Positions 38,027 through 48,895 of a DNA stretch of 64,000 nt are shown in pieces. How positions within the stretch are numbered: position 1 is the stretch's first letter; each line of letters starts with the position of its first letter. The notes under the pieces are model-generated. The model searched no databases and was not told the DNA's origin. It was given only the letters and a program-made list of their open reading frames with translations. The stretch lies in contig UYFQ01000005.1 in assembly GCA_900617105.1 (NCBI GenBank), forward strand, positions 186,001 through 250,000, given 5' to 3'. Source of the stretch: Hydrurus foetidus (taxonomy: Eukaryota). The translations under genes were made by a program, and so were the position numbers.

Positions 38027-39079
38027 TTACTTGCTGTTGTTGGCGAATTCGCGCAACTTGGGGTCGGCCTGCACCATGTTCATGTACTCACTGGTCACAA
38101 AGTCTTGCACTTGTGGGATGGCTGGCACTGCCCCGGTTTCACGCATGAACACTGCAATTTGCGCAAACCAAGCGTCCATTTGCGAATTGCCGCCAGCACG
38201 GTCCATCTGCTTGATCTGGGTAGCCAAGTCAAAAGTGGGGCGTGTGTCGAACTCTTTCTTCATAGACGCTTCGCTGATGCTGACGCCACCCTTGGCATAA
38301 AAGTCTTTCATCATGGCAATGGCTTCGCTCTGGTGCGCGTTCATCCACTTCCAGCTGCGCAGGTACACGGCCAAAAACTTGGCTACGTTTTGTGGGTTCT
38401 CTTTGGCATAGTCGCCTCGGGCAATCAAGGCACCTGGCACCATGGCACCGCCCTCTTTGCCGCTGCACAGCACTTTGGCTCCGGCTTTTTCTTCCACGGT
38501 GTAGATGTTGGGTGCCCACAGGCCAGCCAAGTCAGTGTTGTTAGAAGACAAGGCTGAGATGATTTCTGACTGGCCCATGTTCTTGAAAACGACGTCCGCT
38601 TTTTTCAGGCCGTACTTCTTCAGGCAAGACTGGATCGCAAAGTCTGCAGTCGAGTTTTGCGTCAAGGTGATGGTTTGGCCTCGCAAAGCGGTTGCTGGGT
38701 CTTTGGCAAACTCGGCTGCTTTTTTGGCACTGCCGACTAAAGCATTGCCAGCGGATTCGTCATTGGTGATACCAATGGTTTTGATACCAAACCGCACATG
38801 GCCGAGCACGGCAGGAACGGAGCCTGTGCCGCCCACGTCCCACGACTTGGCAGCAGCCGACGCAATCTGCGGGACGCCTGCTGGGAACGTACTGAACTCT
38901 GGGGCCAAGCCGACTTCTTTCCACCAGCCTTTTTCGGTAGCCACATGGAAGGGCAATGCCCAGTACAGTGCAGGCTGGTAGCTGATTTTGATGGGTGTGA
39001 GTGCTTGCGCAAATGCCGTGCCCGACAAGCCCAGGGCCAGACCCAGGGCGACGATGGTTTTCAGAGGACGATGCAACAT
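38027..39079 (-). CDS. NitT/TauT-type ABC substrate-binding protein
   Basis: Signal peptide, A.EKGW..E.GL, SsuA/THI5-like layout. Confidence 0.85.
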   Translation of the reverse strand: MLHRPLKTIVALGLALGLSGTAFAQALTPIKISYQPALYWALPFHVATEKGWWKEVGLAPEFSTFPAGVPQIASAAAKSWDVGGTGSVPAVLGHVRFGIKTIGITNDESAGNALVGSAKKAAEFAKDPATALRGQTITLTQNSTADFAIQSCLKKYGLKKADVVFKNMGQSEIISALSSNNTDLAGLWAPNIYTVEEKAGAKVLCSGKEGGAMVPGALIARGDYAKENPQNVAKFLAVYLRSWKWMNAHQSEAIAMMKDFYAKGGVSISEASMKKEFDTRPTFDLATQIKQMDRAGGNSQMDAWFAQIAVFMRETGAVPAIPQVQDFVTSEYMNMVQADPKLREFANNSK

Positions 39080-39154
39080 GAGATTCTCCGTTTCGACAAA
39101 AGAAGGGGTTAATAAGCTAAGAGAGGTTGGTGTTCGATGGGCGAGGGTCAGTGG

Positions 39155-39952
39155 TCAGTGGTCAGTGCCAGCGTGCTCCTCTCGCAAGGACTTCCAGATG
39201 CGGGTGCGCAAGTGGACAAAGCTGTCGAGGTCCATCACATCCTCGATGCGGGAGTGCTGATCCCAGTTCTGTGCCTCGCGCACAGTCTTGATGTCCAGAA
39301 TTTCCTTGACCCGACCCGGGCGCGCGGCCATGATGACCACGCGGTCGGCCAAGTAGACGGCTTCTTCAACGGCGTGGGTGATGAAGAGCACAGTGCGCGG
39401 GTGCTTGCGTGCCAACTTGACCAACTCCTCCTGCATCACAACGCGGGTTTGCGCGTCCAATGCGCCAAACGGCTCGTCCATCAACAGCACGTCGGGGTCA
39501 AGCGCGTAGGCCCGCGCAATCGCCACACGCTGCTGCATGCCACCCGAGAGCTGGTGCGGGTAGGCTGACTCGTAACCCTTGAGGTTCATCAGCCCGATGT
39601 AGCGGTTGATGATCTCGGCACGCTGTGCTTGGGGCAGCTTCTTGGCACGCAGGCCGAAGTCAATGTTGTCGTACACCGATTTCCAAGGAAACAGTGCAAA
39701 CTGCTGGAACACCACGGCGCGGTCAGGCCCTGGCTGCGTAACGGGTTTGTCAGATACCAACAAACGACCCGAGGTGGGAAAGTCCAAGCCGGCTGCCATG
39801 CGCATACAGGTGGTCTTGCCGCAGCCCGAGGGGCCAACAACGGCAACAAACTCTTTGTCGCCCACCGTCAGTTCAAAACCTTCGATGATGGGAATGGTTT
39901 GGCCATTGCGCTGGAAGGCGCGACCGATCTGGCTGAATTCAATGGTGCTCAT
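39155..39952 (-). CDS. NitT/TauT-type ABC ATPase
   Basis: GPSGCGKT, LSGGMQQR, MDEPFGALD. Confidence 0.92.
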   Translation of the reverse strand: MSTIEFSQIGRAFQRNGQTIPIIEGFELTVGDKEFVAVVGPSGCGKTTCMRMAAGLDFPTSGRLLVSDKPVTQPGPDRAVVFQQFALFPWKSVYDNIDFGLRAKKLPQAQRAEIINRYIGLMNLKGYESAYPHQLSGGMQQRVAIARAYALDPDVLLMDEPFGALDAQTRVVMQEELVKLARKHPRTVLFITHAVEEAVYLADRVVIMAARPGRVKEILDIKTVREAQNWDQHSRIEDVMDLDSFVHLRTRIWKSLREEHAGTDH

Positions 39953-39975
39953 GATGACTCATTGTGGTTATGGAT

Positions 39976-40758
39976 TTAGTGGACGCTGCGGTGCTTCAGC
40001 AAGGTGGCTTCGATGCGGCGCAGTGCGAGATCAATCACCACGCCCACCAAGCCGATGGCCAACATACCCGCCATCACGATGTCGGTGGCAATCGCGCTCT
40101 GGCCTTTGACGATCAGATACCCCATGCCGCTAGAAGCCACAATCAGTTCCGCACCCACCAGCGACATCCAGCCCAGACCCGCTGCGATGCGCAGGCCCGC
40201 AATGATGCTGGGCACAGCCGCAGGAAACAGCACCTCTGTGATGGTCTTGAAATGGCCTACACCCAACATACTGGCCGCCTCCAGGAAGCGGATGTCCACC
40301 CCCCTAGCACCGCGATAGGCGTTGATAAGACATGGAGGAAAAGCACCCGCAAAAATAATCAGCGTCGGCCCACCGATGCCGGTGCCAAACCACAGTGCAG
40401 CAAACGGCACCCAAGCTACCGGGGCGATGAAGCGCAGGCCGTCAAACAGCGGGGAGACCACGTCGTCCAGCCAGCGGAACCAGCCCATCATCAACCCCAG
40501 CGGCACGCCGATCACCGCCGCCAAACCAAAACCCAGCCCAAAGCGTTGCAGACTGGAGAGCATGTGCTGCGGCAACGTGTAGCCCGAAAACGGTGTAAGC
40601 GACAGGCTAACAAAGCGTGCGACCACCTCATGCGGCATGGGTAAAAACTGCGGCGGTGCCAAGTGCAGCAAAGCAGCGGCATACCACACCCCCAGAAAAG
40701 CCAGGGCCCCCACAACCGACAGGTGCGCAAAGGGCGCAGAGTTGAAAAATGCCTTCAT
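39976..40758 (-). CDS. NitT/TauT-type ABC permease
   Basis: EAA motif, LVGAEL, TM helices. Confidence 0.9.
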   Translation of the reverse strand: MKAFFNSAPFAHLSVVGALAFLGVWYAAALLHLAPPQFLPMPHEVVARFVSLSLTPFSGYTLPQHMLSSLQRFGLGFGLAAVIGVPLGLMMGWFRWLDDVVSPLFDGLRFIAPVAWVPFAALWFGTGIGGPTLIIFAGAFPPCLINAYRGARGVDIRFLEAASMLGVGHFKTITEVLFPAAVPSIIAGLRIAAGLGWMSLVGAELIVASSGMGYLIVKGQSAIATDIVMAGMLAIGLVGVVIDLALRRIEATLLKHRSVH

Positions 40759-41561
40759 GCCGCCACCCGCCCTGCCCGCCAGGGCATCGCTCGCACCTCA
40801 GCCTTGGCCAGCAGTGCGGTGGTGACGCCACCGCAGATGGCGACACAGAGCATGGCCACCAGAATCATGGCGGGATAAATGTCTTGTGCGCCCTGGTTCA
40901 AGATACTGCCAAGACCAAACAAAGCACCAATCAACTCAGCCGCCACCAGCGTGGTCCAGCTGGCCTGTAACGACAACCGCAAGCCGGTGAAGATCATGGG
41001 AAAAGCGCCAGGCACCAACACCTCAGTCACCATCCGCCACCCACGCACGCCCAGCATTTGCGCCGCCTCCATCACTGGCACGTCGATGTTGCGCACGCCG
41101 GTGTAGCTGTTGATAACAGAGGGTACAAAAGCGGCGACAAAGATCACCAGGATTTTGGCCGCATCGCCCAGACCCAGCCAGACGATGGCCAGTGGTATCC
41201 AGGCCAACGGTGGTATCGGGCGCAGCAGCAAAAATGCTGGGTTGATGAGTGCCTCAGCGCGACGCGAGTGCCCCATCAGCAGCCCCATTGGTACGCCCAC
41301 CGCTACCGCCACGCTGAAGCCCATGGCCACCAGTTTGAGGCTGTGCAGTACATGCTGGTGCAAGCGCCCGTTGCCATAGCCCTCTGTGACGATCTGGCCC
41401 AACGCATCCCAAACCTCACCTGGGGTAGGGAAGCGCGAGGCCGTTACCCAACCCGTCACCGAAGTAGCCACCCACCAGAGCAGCAGAGCCGAGAGCACGG
41501 TGGTCAGGCCCACCCAGGTTCGACGCGAAAAACTCCAGAGTGGAGTCGTAGCAGTTGTCAT
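40755..41561 (-). CDS. NitT/TauT-type ABC permease
   Basis: RPIPPLAW, EAAQMLG, LVAAEL. Confidence 0.9.
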   Translation of the reverse strand: MTTATTPLWSFSRRTWVGLTTVLSALLLWWVATSVTGWVTASRFPTPGEVWDALGQIVTEGYGNGRLHQHVLHSLKLVAMGFSVAVAVGVPMGLLMGHSRRAEALINPAFLLLRPIPPLAWIPLAIVWLGLGDAAKILVIFVAAFVPSVINSYTGVRNIDVPVMEAAQMLGVRGWRMVTEVLVPGAFPMIFTGLRLSLQASWTTLVAAELIGALFGLGSILNQGAQDIYPAMILVAMLCVAICGGVTTALLAKAEVRAMPWRAGRVAA

Positions 41562-41593
41562 GTGGTTTTGTCTCTTGCGTGATTTTCAAAATG

Positions 41594-41613
41594 AAATGTA
41601 AGCGCTTTCATTT
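41594..41613. promoter_or_regulatory. LacI-family operator for the hps operon
   Basis: AAATGTAAGCGCTTTCATTT, CG-centred near-perfect palindrome between divergent genes. Confidence 0.75.
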
Positions 41614-41760
41614 ATTCTTCTCTCTACACCCATTCCTGTCAACAACGAAAAGAGGCTAAAGGTCAAAACCAAGGGTATCTTCTTAGAAAACAGCCATATC
41701 ATGGAAGAAGTACGGTAAAAAATCGTTTCCATAAAATCAGGCACAACATTCCTTTCCCTC

Positions 41761-42768
41761 ATGCACAACAGAATCCGTATCGAAGACGTAGCCCGTGCAG
41801 CAGGCGTGTCCACCGCCACCGTATCGCGTGCGCTGTCGCAGCCTGAGCTTGTACGGCCTGATACGCGAGAGTTAATTCAAAAAACGGTTGCTAAATTGGG
41901 CTATGTGCCCGATGCCGCAGGCCGTGCCCTGGCCTCGGGCCGTACCCGCACGGTGGGCTGCGTGATCCCTACGCTAGACCATGCCATCTTCGCCCGCAGT
42001 ACCAACGCATTGCAGACTACGCTGGCGCAAGCGGGCTATCAACTGCTGGTTGCCAGCCACAACTATGACCCGATGCAGGAGATGGCGCTGGTCGAGGCGC
42101 TGCAACAGCGAGGGGTGGACGCTCTGGTACTGGTGGGTGCGGAACGCCAAGCCAAACTTTGGAAATTGCTGGCCGCATGGCGCAATCCGGTGCTGCTGAC
42201 GTGGGCCTGCGACCCACGCCTGCCCTCGGTAGGGTTTGACAACCACGCCATAGGCGATCTGGCGGCGAGCCATCTGCTGGAATTGGGGCACCGGCGCATT
42301 GCAATGATCTCGGGCTTCATGGCGCACAACGACCGCGCCCAAGCCCGTGTGGCAGGCCTGCGCCACAGGCTTAAGGCTGCCAATCTGAGCCTGCCGGCCA
42401 GTGCCTTGAGTGAGCAAACACTGAACCTCAGCGGAGGCCGCAAAGGACTGATCGCACTGATGCAAGCGCGCATACGCCCTACAGCCATCGTCTGTGGTAA
42501 CGATTTACTGGCCGCAGGCGCACTGCTAGAGGCCCAGCGCCAGGGCTTGAAAGTGCCAGGCGATCTGTCTATCTGCGGCATAGACAACCATGAGCTGGCG
42601 GCAGAAACCAACCCCGGCCTGACCACAGTGAGTCTGCCCGCGCAAGACCTGGGGCGCATCACCGCCACACAAACCCTGGCGGCACTGGCAGGCGAGCCGA
42701 TTGCACAGCAATCACTGCTGCCGTTTGAACTGTTGGTCAGGGGAACGACGGCGACACTGAAGTCCTGA
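41761..42768 (+). CDS. LacI-family regulator (HpsR-like)
   Basis: IEDVARAAGVSTATVSRAL; divergent from the hps operon. Confidence 0.9.
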   Translation: MHNRIRIEDVARAAGVSTATVSRALSQPELVRPDTRELIQKTVAKLGYVPDAAGRALASGRTRTVGCVIPTLDHAIFARSTNALQTTLAQAGYQLLVASHNYDPMQEMALVEALQQRGVDALVLVGAERQAKLWKLLAAWRNPVLLTWACDPRLPSVGFDNHAIGDLAASHLLELGHRRIAMISGFMAHNDRAQARVAGLRHRLKAANLSLPASALSEQTLNLSGGRKGLIALMQARIRPTAIVCGNDLLAAGALLEAQRQGLKVPGDLSICGIDNHELAAETNPGLTTVSLPAQDLGRITATQTLAALAGEPIAQQSLLPFELLVRGTTATLKS

Positions 42769-42818
42769 TTTACCTGCCACACGAGCGATTATGGGCATCT
42801 GGTGGAAGGTTTGATCCG

Positions 42819-43529
42819 TCAGCTTTGACCTACCAAACGCGCCACATAGTCGTGGTCACGCGTGTCCACCACCGAGACGCGCAACTCTGCAGGCTGCTGG
42901 TTAAAGGTGAATGCGACCCGTTCCAAGTGCAGCACTGGAGCTCCCTGATTCAAGCCCAGTACGTGGGCCGATGCGGCACTGCACGGCTCAGCCCTTACAC
43001 GCTCGTCCGCGCCAACCACCGTGATGCCAAATGCACTTTGGTACAGCTCGTAGATCGTTCCGTGGCGTTGGGTGAATTGCGCCTGATTCAAGCCTGGGAA
43101 CTTGGTCGCGTCGAGCACGATGTGGTCGTGAATGACACGCCGCTCCTTCAGCGACAGAGCATTTTCTATGCGGTACACCGCCGCCCCGACCGCAATGCCG
43201 AGCGCTGGTGCTTCTGCGGCCAAAGCGCGACTTTTGCCAAAATGCAGCAACTGCACCTGCGGAAACTCTGGCGCACCCTGGCGTGCAGCGATCTTGAAAA
43301 ACTGGAACATAAACCGCTCGTTGTCCAGCTTACCTACAAAGGTGCCACGGCCTTGCTGGCGCACCAAAATATGGTCAGCGACAAGCTCATCGACAGCTCG
43401 CCGTACAGTGCCAATCGACACCCCAAAGCGCTTGGCCAATTCACTCTCATTGGCCAGGCCACCGCCGGGCGGCACAGCGCCCGAAACGATATCGGCGACC
43501 AGTTTTTGTTTGACTTTACGGTAGAGCAT
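42819..43529 (-). CDS. GntR/HutC-family regulator (UTRA)
   Basis: ESELAKRFGVSIGTVRRA, QGRGTFV. Confidence 0.9.
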   Translation of the reverse strand: MLYRKVKQKLVADIVSGAVPPGGGLANESELAKRFGVSIGTVRRAVDELVADHILVRQQGRGTFVGKLDNERFMFQFFKIAARQGAPEFPQVQLLHFGKSRALAAEAPALGIAVGAAVYRIENALSLKERRVIHDHIVLDATKFPGLNQAQFTQRHGTIYELYQSAFGITVVGADERVRAEPCSAASAHVLGLNQGAPVLHLERVAFTFNQQPAELRVSVVDTRDHDYVARLVGQS

Positions 43530-43686
43530 GGCAAATGCTAGCAGAAGGATTTGGGCCGCTGCTTTATGCTTCCCTGCGTCAATAAATTGCTCAGGCCCTG
43601 TGGTGTCTTAAGCTGCGTAGTGAACCCAGCATTCCTGGACGGAGCTGATTGCGCGTTCTGGGTTTCGCTCCAGCAGCGTCATATTT

Positions 43687-44373
43687 TCATTGGCAGCCTC
43701 GCGTAGTTTGGCCTTTCATGCGATCGGCCAAGGCTCCGGGGCGTTTGCATAAGAATTGCGTGAGCAAATCTGGATAGTCGAGCGTCACGGCGCGGACTAC
43801 CGACGGACGCAGCGCCAGTGCCGTGCGCCACGCCTGCACTTTGGGCAGATTGGCAAAATAGGGTTGTACAGCAAAGTGATCCAATACATCAAAGTATCTG
43901 AATACGGGGCCAAATACGATGTCAACCATGCAAAAGCGTTCACCCTCGAAGTAAGGGCCAGCACCCAGTTTTGCTTCTAGTTGAGTCAACTTGGTTCGTA
44001 TTTCCAACGTTTTTTGCGCAAGCGATGCTTCGTCAGGAGCGTTATAGATTGCGGCAATGCTGCTGAGAACCGCAGATCCAAACTCCATCCAACCACGGTG
44101 ACGCGCCCTTTGCAGTGCACTGTCTGGGTGCAACCGCGGCAAGATGGTGTCATCCAAGTACTCACAAATCACGGCGGATTCAAATATGGCCTCGCCGTCT
44201 GCCAAGAGCACAGGAGTCTTACCCAAAGGCGACACAGCCAAGAACCAGTTGGGTTTGTGGGCCAAATCAATATCGATTCGTTCAAACGCAATCCCCTTTT
44301 CGGTCAGGGCGATGGCTGCGCGTTGCACGTAGGGGCACAGCGCATGGCTGACCAGTGTGAGGGTGTTAGCCAT
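43687..44373 (-). CDS. Glutathione S-transferase family protein
   Basis: LCPYVQRA, SPLGKTPVL, FESAVICEY. Confidence 0.9.
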   Translation of the reverse strand: MANTLTLVSHALCPYVQRAAIALTEKGIAFERIDIDLAHKPNWFLAVSPLGKTPVLLADGEAIFESAVICEYLDDTILPRLHPDSALQRARHRGWMEFGSAVLSSIAAIYNAPDEASLAQKTLEIRTKLTQLEAKLGAGPYFEGERFCMVDIVFGPVFRYFDVLDHFAVQPYFANLPKVQAWRTALALRPSVVRAVTLDYPDLLTQFLCKRPGALADRMKGQTTRGCQ

Positions 44374-44382
44374 GGTGAGGCC

Positions 44383-44805
44383 TTAAAACGACGGGATAAA
44401 CCGGCTAGACCGGCGCATTGCCGCAGCACCGTCACCCAGCAGCCACAACGAAAATGAAACGATGGTCAAAAATACCGGGTATTCCCAGCCGCCGTTGGGA
44501 CTGGTATGCACCCAGCCATTGCCAAAATGCACGCTGGCAGCAACCGCCATGATGGGCAGCAAGAGCAGTGAAACCTGGCGAGCATAGATTCCCAGCACCA
44601 GCGCAACACCGCCCAACAACTCTACGGCAAACACGGGGTAAGCCATAAAACCCGGAAAACCCACGCTTTGAAAGAACTGGGCGGTACCCGGAAGTGTGAA
44701 GACCAAGAGCTTGAGCAGTGCGTGAGCGATCCACATCGTGCCAAAGCTAACACGCAGCACAGTGATGCCGAGTTCGGTGGGTCGTGATGAAACATTGTTT
44801 TGCAT
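44383..44805 (-). CDS. DoxX family membrane protein
   Basis: LRV..G..IAH..K, GGWEYP. Confidence 0.88.
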   Translation of the reverse strand: MQNNVSSRPTELGITVLRVSFGTMWIAHALLKLLVFTLPGTAQFFQSVGFPGFMAYPVFAVELLGGVALVLGIYARQVSLLLLPIMAVAASVHFGNGWVHTSPNGGWEYPVFLTIVSFSLWLLGDGAAAMRRSSRFIPSF

Positions 44806-44897
44806 AGAAATTTACCTTTAAAAACAGAGTAAGTTTGAAGTTTAATATTTCAAATATGCAATGAAAATATGCAGTAGTGCATTCATAATTTGCAAAT

Positions 44898-45770
44898 ATG
44901 CAATACAAAATAAGTACAGATGACTTAGAAACCGTGCTGGCCTTGGTTCAGTGCGGCAACCTTGCCAGAGCGGGGGAACGGTTGGAGGTGGATGCGTCTA
45001 CCGTGTTTCGCTCGGTACAAAAGCTGGAAAAGGGACTAGGCCGACGTTTATTTGAACGCTCTCGCCAGGGCTATATGCCTCTGGAATTAGCGTTGAGCTT
45101 GGCATCTCACGCGGAACAGGTGGCGGCGCAACTTGAAGCAGCGCGGTCAGTGGCGCAGCAAAACCCCGAGCAGGTGGCAGGTTCCGTGCGCATTACCACC
45201 ACAGACACCATTCTTCATGGGTTGATTGCGCCAGCGCTCAAGCTGCTACAGCCAAACCACCCATTCCTCCGCTATGACTTGCACGCCGGCAATGAACTTG
45301 CCAGTCTGACTCGACGCGATGCAGACATTGCAGTGCGAGCCACCAAGCGCCCCCCGCAACATTTGGTTGGGAAGCAGGTGGGGCCCATAAGAGTTGCCCT
45401 TTACGCATCTACAAGCAGCGGTTTGCGCAGCTTTGATGGCGACGTGGCTATACGTGAATGCTGGGTGGTGCCTGATGATGCCTTGCCCGATCATCCCTCT
45501 GTAGTTTGGCGTAAAAAGCACTTCCCCAAAATCATTCCGACCTATAGGGTCAACAGTGTGCTGTCCGTTGCAGAGCTTGTCGGGAAGGGCTTGGGCATTG
45601 GCCTTCTGCCTCTATTTTTGGCCCAGGGTCGGTCGGATTTGGTTCAACTGACCGATGCGCTGGACGAATGCCAAACCGAACTCTGGCTACTCGCCCATAC
45701 CGAATCTCGCCACCTGCGCAGGGTGGCTACAGTGTTTGGGCATTTGGCAAAAACCTTGGTGCTAACTTAA
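44898..45770 (+). CDS. LysR-family regulator
   Basis: N-term HTH STVFR..LE..LG..LFER; divergent from doxX-gst. Confidence 0.9.
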   Translation: MQYKISTDDLETVLALVQCGNLARAGERLEVDASTVFRSVQKLEKGLGRRLFERSRQGYMPLELALSLASHAEQVAAQLEAARSVAQQNPEQVAGSVRITTTDTILHGLIAPALKLLQPNHPFLRYDLHAGNELASLTRRDADIAVRATKRPPQHLVGKQVGPIRVALYASTSSGLRSFDGDVAIRECWVVPDDALPDHPSVVWRKKHFPKIIPTYRVNSVLSVAELVGKGLGIGLLPLFLAQGRSDLVQLTDALDECQTELWLLAHTESRHLRRVATVFGHLAKTLVLT

Positions 45771-45818
45771 CGCAGCCTCGCATTCAATGGCTCTACGCAC
45801 ATGCTTAAGCCGTAGCGC
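45729..45818 (+). repeat. 90-bp direct repeat copy A (copy B at 48293-48382)
   Basis: ACAGTGTTTGGGCATT..GCAAAAACCTTGGTG..GCATTCAATGGCTCTACG..GCCGTAGCGC in both copies. Confidence 0.9.
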
Positions 45819-45834
45819 CGGATCGATTCCGAGG

Positions 45835-47409
45835 CTATCCGTTCCCATGAGAGTACCCATCGGTCAACTTAAACACACTGACCACCTCAACCATGCGACC
45901 GGCTTGCTGGTTCAAGCTGTCGGCGGCGGCGGCGGCCTGCTCCACCAGGGCGGCATTCTGCTGGGTCGCATTGTCAAGCTGGGAAATAGCCTGGTTGATC
46001 TGATCGATACCACTGGTCTGCTCATGAGCGGAGGAACTGATTTCGCCAATCAAATCGGCCACGCGCTTGACCTGGGTCACGATGTCGTTCATCGACTCAC
46101 CCGCCTCTCCCACTAATTGGCTACCGGTTTCGACCTTTTCGACACTGGCACCGATCAGGTTCTTGATTTCCTTGGCGGCCTCTGCCGAGCGCCCGGCCAA
46201 ACTGCGCACTTCGCTGGCCACCACGGCAAAGCCTCGTCCCTGCTCGCCGGCACGGGCTGCTTCAACAGCCGCGTTGAGCGCGAGGATATTGGTCTGAAAT
46301 GCGATGCCGTCAATTACGCTGATGATGTCCGAAATTTTGCGCGACGCAACCGTAATTTCCTGCATGGTTGCCACCACTTGACCGACAACTTGACCACCCT
46401 TCACAGCAGCCGAGCTGGCCGAGCCCGCCATTTGATTGGCTTGGCGGGCAGTATCCGCGTTGTTTTTAACCGTGGAGCTGAGCTCTTCCATTGAGGCAGC
46501 AGTTTCTTCAAGGTTGCTTGCCTGCATTTCGGTACGTTGAGACAAATCCGCATTGCCCGAAGCAATCTCATTGGCGCCTGTCGAAATATTTTCTGCACCA
46601 GCGCGTACTTCTCTAACCATGCGAGAAAGCCCATCACGCATTTCATGCAAGCCACTCAAGAGATGCGCCGCCTCATCACGCCCTGTGATCTGTATGGCGC
46701 TTGCCAAGTCACCGCGCGCAACACGGCCGGTGGCGTCAAGAGCGACCTGCAATGGCCGGGTGATGCTCATCGTGAGACGCCAGGCCATCAGGCCAGCCAA
46801 CACCAGCACCAGTGCCGCGCTCACACTGATCACGCCGACGGTGGCACGATTGCTCGCGTTGGCCTGCTCGGTGGCATCCTGTGTATGCTGCTTTTGCAAG
46901 GCAATAAAAGTGACCAACTCGGCGGATGCCTTGGTCAATAGGGGATCAATCTTGCCGGTGATGACTGCACCTGCTTGCTCGGCATTGAACTGCGCCGCCA
47001 GGTCAACCGCATTTTTGAAATGCGCATCCATTTGGGTGTCAATTTCCGCCAGCCGGGTAAATAACTCACGCTCTTTTGTACCCAGACCGGCGGTTTCAAG
47101 CTTGCCCTTGGCCGCAAGATAGGCTGCGCGATATTTTTTGGCCTCGGCTTCGTCTTTTTGCACGCCTTCAACTTTGGTTTGCAGGCCCATGTTGCGCACC
47201 GAAATCGCGCTGCTGAGCATCGAGTCGCGCATGCCCACCGCCAACTCCTGCTGAATGCTGGCTTTCTGCAAAGTTTCCAGCAATGCCGCCCGGCTGGACC
47301 CGTTGCTAACGATCGTGCCGATCAGCATTCCGCTGGACGCCAGCAGAATCAAGCCAAAGCCCAGCCCAAGCCGGGGGCCAATTTTCATGTCGCGCAAATT
47401 CATAGACAC
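45835..47409 (-). CDS. Methyl-accepting chemotaxis protein
   Basis: Two TMs, [34 protein letters not shown]. Confidence 0.95.
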   Translation of the reverse strand: MSMNLRDMKIGPRLGLGFGLILLASSGMLIGTIVSNGSSRAALLETLQKASIQQELAVGMRDSMLSSAISVRNMGLQTKVEGVQKDEAEAKKYRAAYLAAKGKLETAGLGTKERELFTRLAEIDTQMDAHFKNAVDLAAQFNAEQAGAVITGKIDPLLTKASAELVTFIALQKQHTQDATEQANASNRATVGVISVSAALVLVLAGLMAWRLTMSITRPLQVALDATGRVARGDLASAIQITGRDEAAHLLSGLHEMRDGLSRMVREVRAGAENISTGANEIASGNADLSQRTEMQASNLEETAASMEELSSTVKNNADTARQANQMAGSASSAAVKGGQVVGQVVATMQEITVASRKISDIISVIDGIAFQTNILALNAAVEAARAGEQGRGFAVVASEVRSLAGRSAEAAKEIKNLIGASVEKVETGSQLVGEAGESMNDIVTQVKRVADLIGEISSSAHEQTSGIDQINQAISQLDNATQQNAALVEQAAAAADSLNQQAGRMVEVVSVFKLTDGYSHGNG

Positions 47410-47486
47410 TCTCTAACCGTGAGATAAAAGCAACTATGCCCTGCGCTACCCCGAAGGGCATTGCAGGGCATCAATGAGCCTTTGTA

Positions 47487-47957
47487 TCAGCCTTTATATA
47501 TACCGCAGCCAACCAATGTGTCACCCACACGTTCAAGGTACATGGCTTTGCCTTCGATCTTCTGAGTCGATGGATTCAAAAATTTGTAGCCTTCCACCCA
47601 GCCTTTGCCCTTGCTTTTTGCCAAGTCAACGAACATCTGGATCAATGGTTTTCCATCAGGGTCCTTGAGGCCGATCAAATCTTTACCGACCAGCTTGGGG
47701 TTCGCACCTTGAGCGAGGTTCTTGCCATTCAAGTCATACACAATGATGTAAAGATCGCGATCCTTGAATGATTTGCCATTAGTGAACTCATCGTAAGCCT
47801 TTTCAGGACCATTGGCCTTGATATACGCGACGGCTTTTTTCGTCATGGCTTCGGCTTCAGCCGCCGTACCTTGATCAGCCGCCTGTGCGGCACCTGCCAT
47901 CAGGAAGCTCAATGCAGTGGTGCTCAATAACACTTTGAGAAGAGAAAAAATCTTCAT
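47487..47957 (-). CDS. Stand-alone periplasmic single Cache domain protein
   Basis: Signal peptide, FKDRDLY, DPDGK, GWV.Y, K..Y, GCGIY. Confidence 0.85.
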   Translation of the reverse strand: MKIFSLLKVLLSTTALSFLMAGAAQAADQGTAAEAEAMTKKAVAYIKANGPEKAYDEFTNGKSFKDRDLYIIVYDLNGKNLAQGANPKLVGKDLIGLKDPDGKPLIQMFVDLAKSKGKGWVEGYKFLNPSTQKIEGKAMYLERVGDTLVGCGIYKG

Positions 47958-48074
47958 AACAGATGCGCCTGGTTTGTTAAAACAAAAAGAAACGAAAACC
48001 AATGTCTGCAACAAACTCGTGTGACAGTATTGTTCGGTCAGTCTACGCTGATTGCTGATGAAACTCCCCACCAG

Positions 48075-48192
48075 GGTTATTCCTGCAAGGGTCGGTGGGG
48101 CTACCCCTTGTGCAACACACCTCGCATGGTGGAGACGGCGGTGCACCTCACAGATTACGTCTTCCCCCGCCTGCCGGTGCGCAAGCTGCACG
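48075..48192 (+). pseudogene. Relic of an IS91/ISCR-like transposase Zn-binding region
   Basis: SCKGR..PLCNTPRMVETAVHLTDYVFPRLPVR resembles SCKxRxxCPSC..RM...A.HL...V.P..PVRQW. Confidence 0.6.
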
Positions 48193-48292
48193 GATCAGCC
48201 TTCAAAGCCAAGGTGGGCTGAGAAGCGGTACATGGGGTCATGATGGTCAACGAAATAGGCCAAGCGCACGAAGTGCATCCCGTACAGGTTAA

Positions 48293-48382
48293 ACAGTGTT
48301 TGGGCATTCGGCAAAAACCTTGGTGTAACTTAGCGCAGCCATTGCATTCAATGGCTCTACGTACATGCTTACGCCGTAGCGC
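48293..48382 (+). repeat. 90-bp direct repeat copy B
   Basis: Aligns with 45729-45818. Confidence 0.9.
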
Positions 48383-48746
48383 GTGGACGGCTAATGAACT
48401 TGCCGTGCGGCAAAGTAGAAAGGCGGCGAAACATGTATCCGCAATAGCCCTTGATGGCCAAGCACTTGTTGATCTCATCCACCGGCAACGGCCCAGACAC
48501 CACCACAATATCATTGGCACTTTCAGTCGCGCCCGATGCGCGCAACCGCCTTCGCGCAGTGGTTGCCCACGACTGAATACGGCTAGGCACCCCGTGTTCA
48601 TGGAGTTTGCCCGTACTGACATCAAAGGCAATTGCAACAGTATCGGTCTTCAAACACAACTTATGCTCGCCTGTCGCCAAACTTTGCGGGGTGTTCAAGT
48701 CATACAGGCAGTAGCTGCCCTCTTTCAATTGGTATTGCAAGGCCAT
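48369..48746 (-). CDS. Hypothetical protein
   Basis: 125-aa ORF with GAGGAG RBS. Confidence 0.65.
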   Translation of the reverse strand: MALQYQLKEGSYCLYDLNTPQSLATGEHKLCLKTDTVAIAFDVSTGKLHEHGVPSRIQSWATTARRRLRASGATESANDIVVVSGPLPVDEINKCLAIKGYCGYMFRRLSTLPHGKFISRPRATA

Positions 48747-48895
48747 TCGGTCTCCTCAGTTGCGTAAATTCTGAGGCAGCACAATAAAAAATAAAACCAG
48801 AACAAAGGGGGAATTTGCGGGCTTTTGAAAGGTCAGCTTAGGCCGTGCCCCCTACGCACCATCCAAAGAGCATTACGCCACGCGCACAAAGCGGC

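Noticed and set aside
39147..39167. GGTCAGT x3 tandem repeat at the ABC ATPase stop
   Set aside because: Short slippage duplication without evident function
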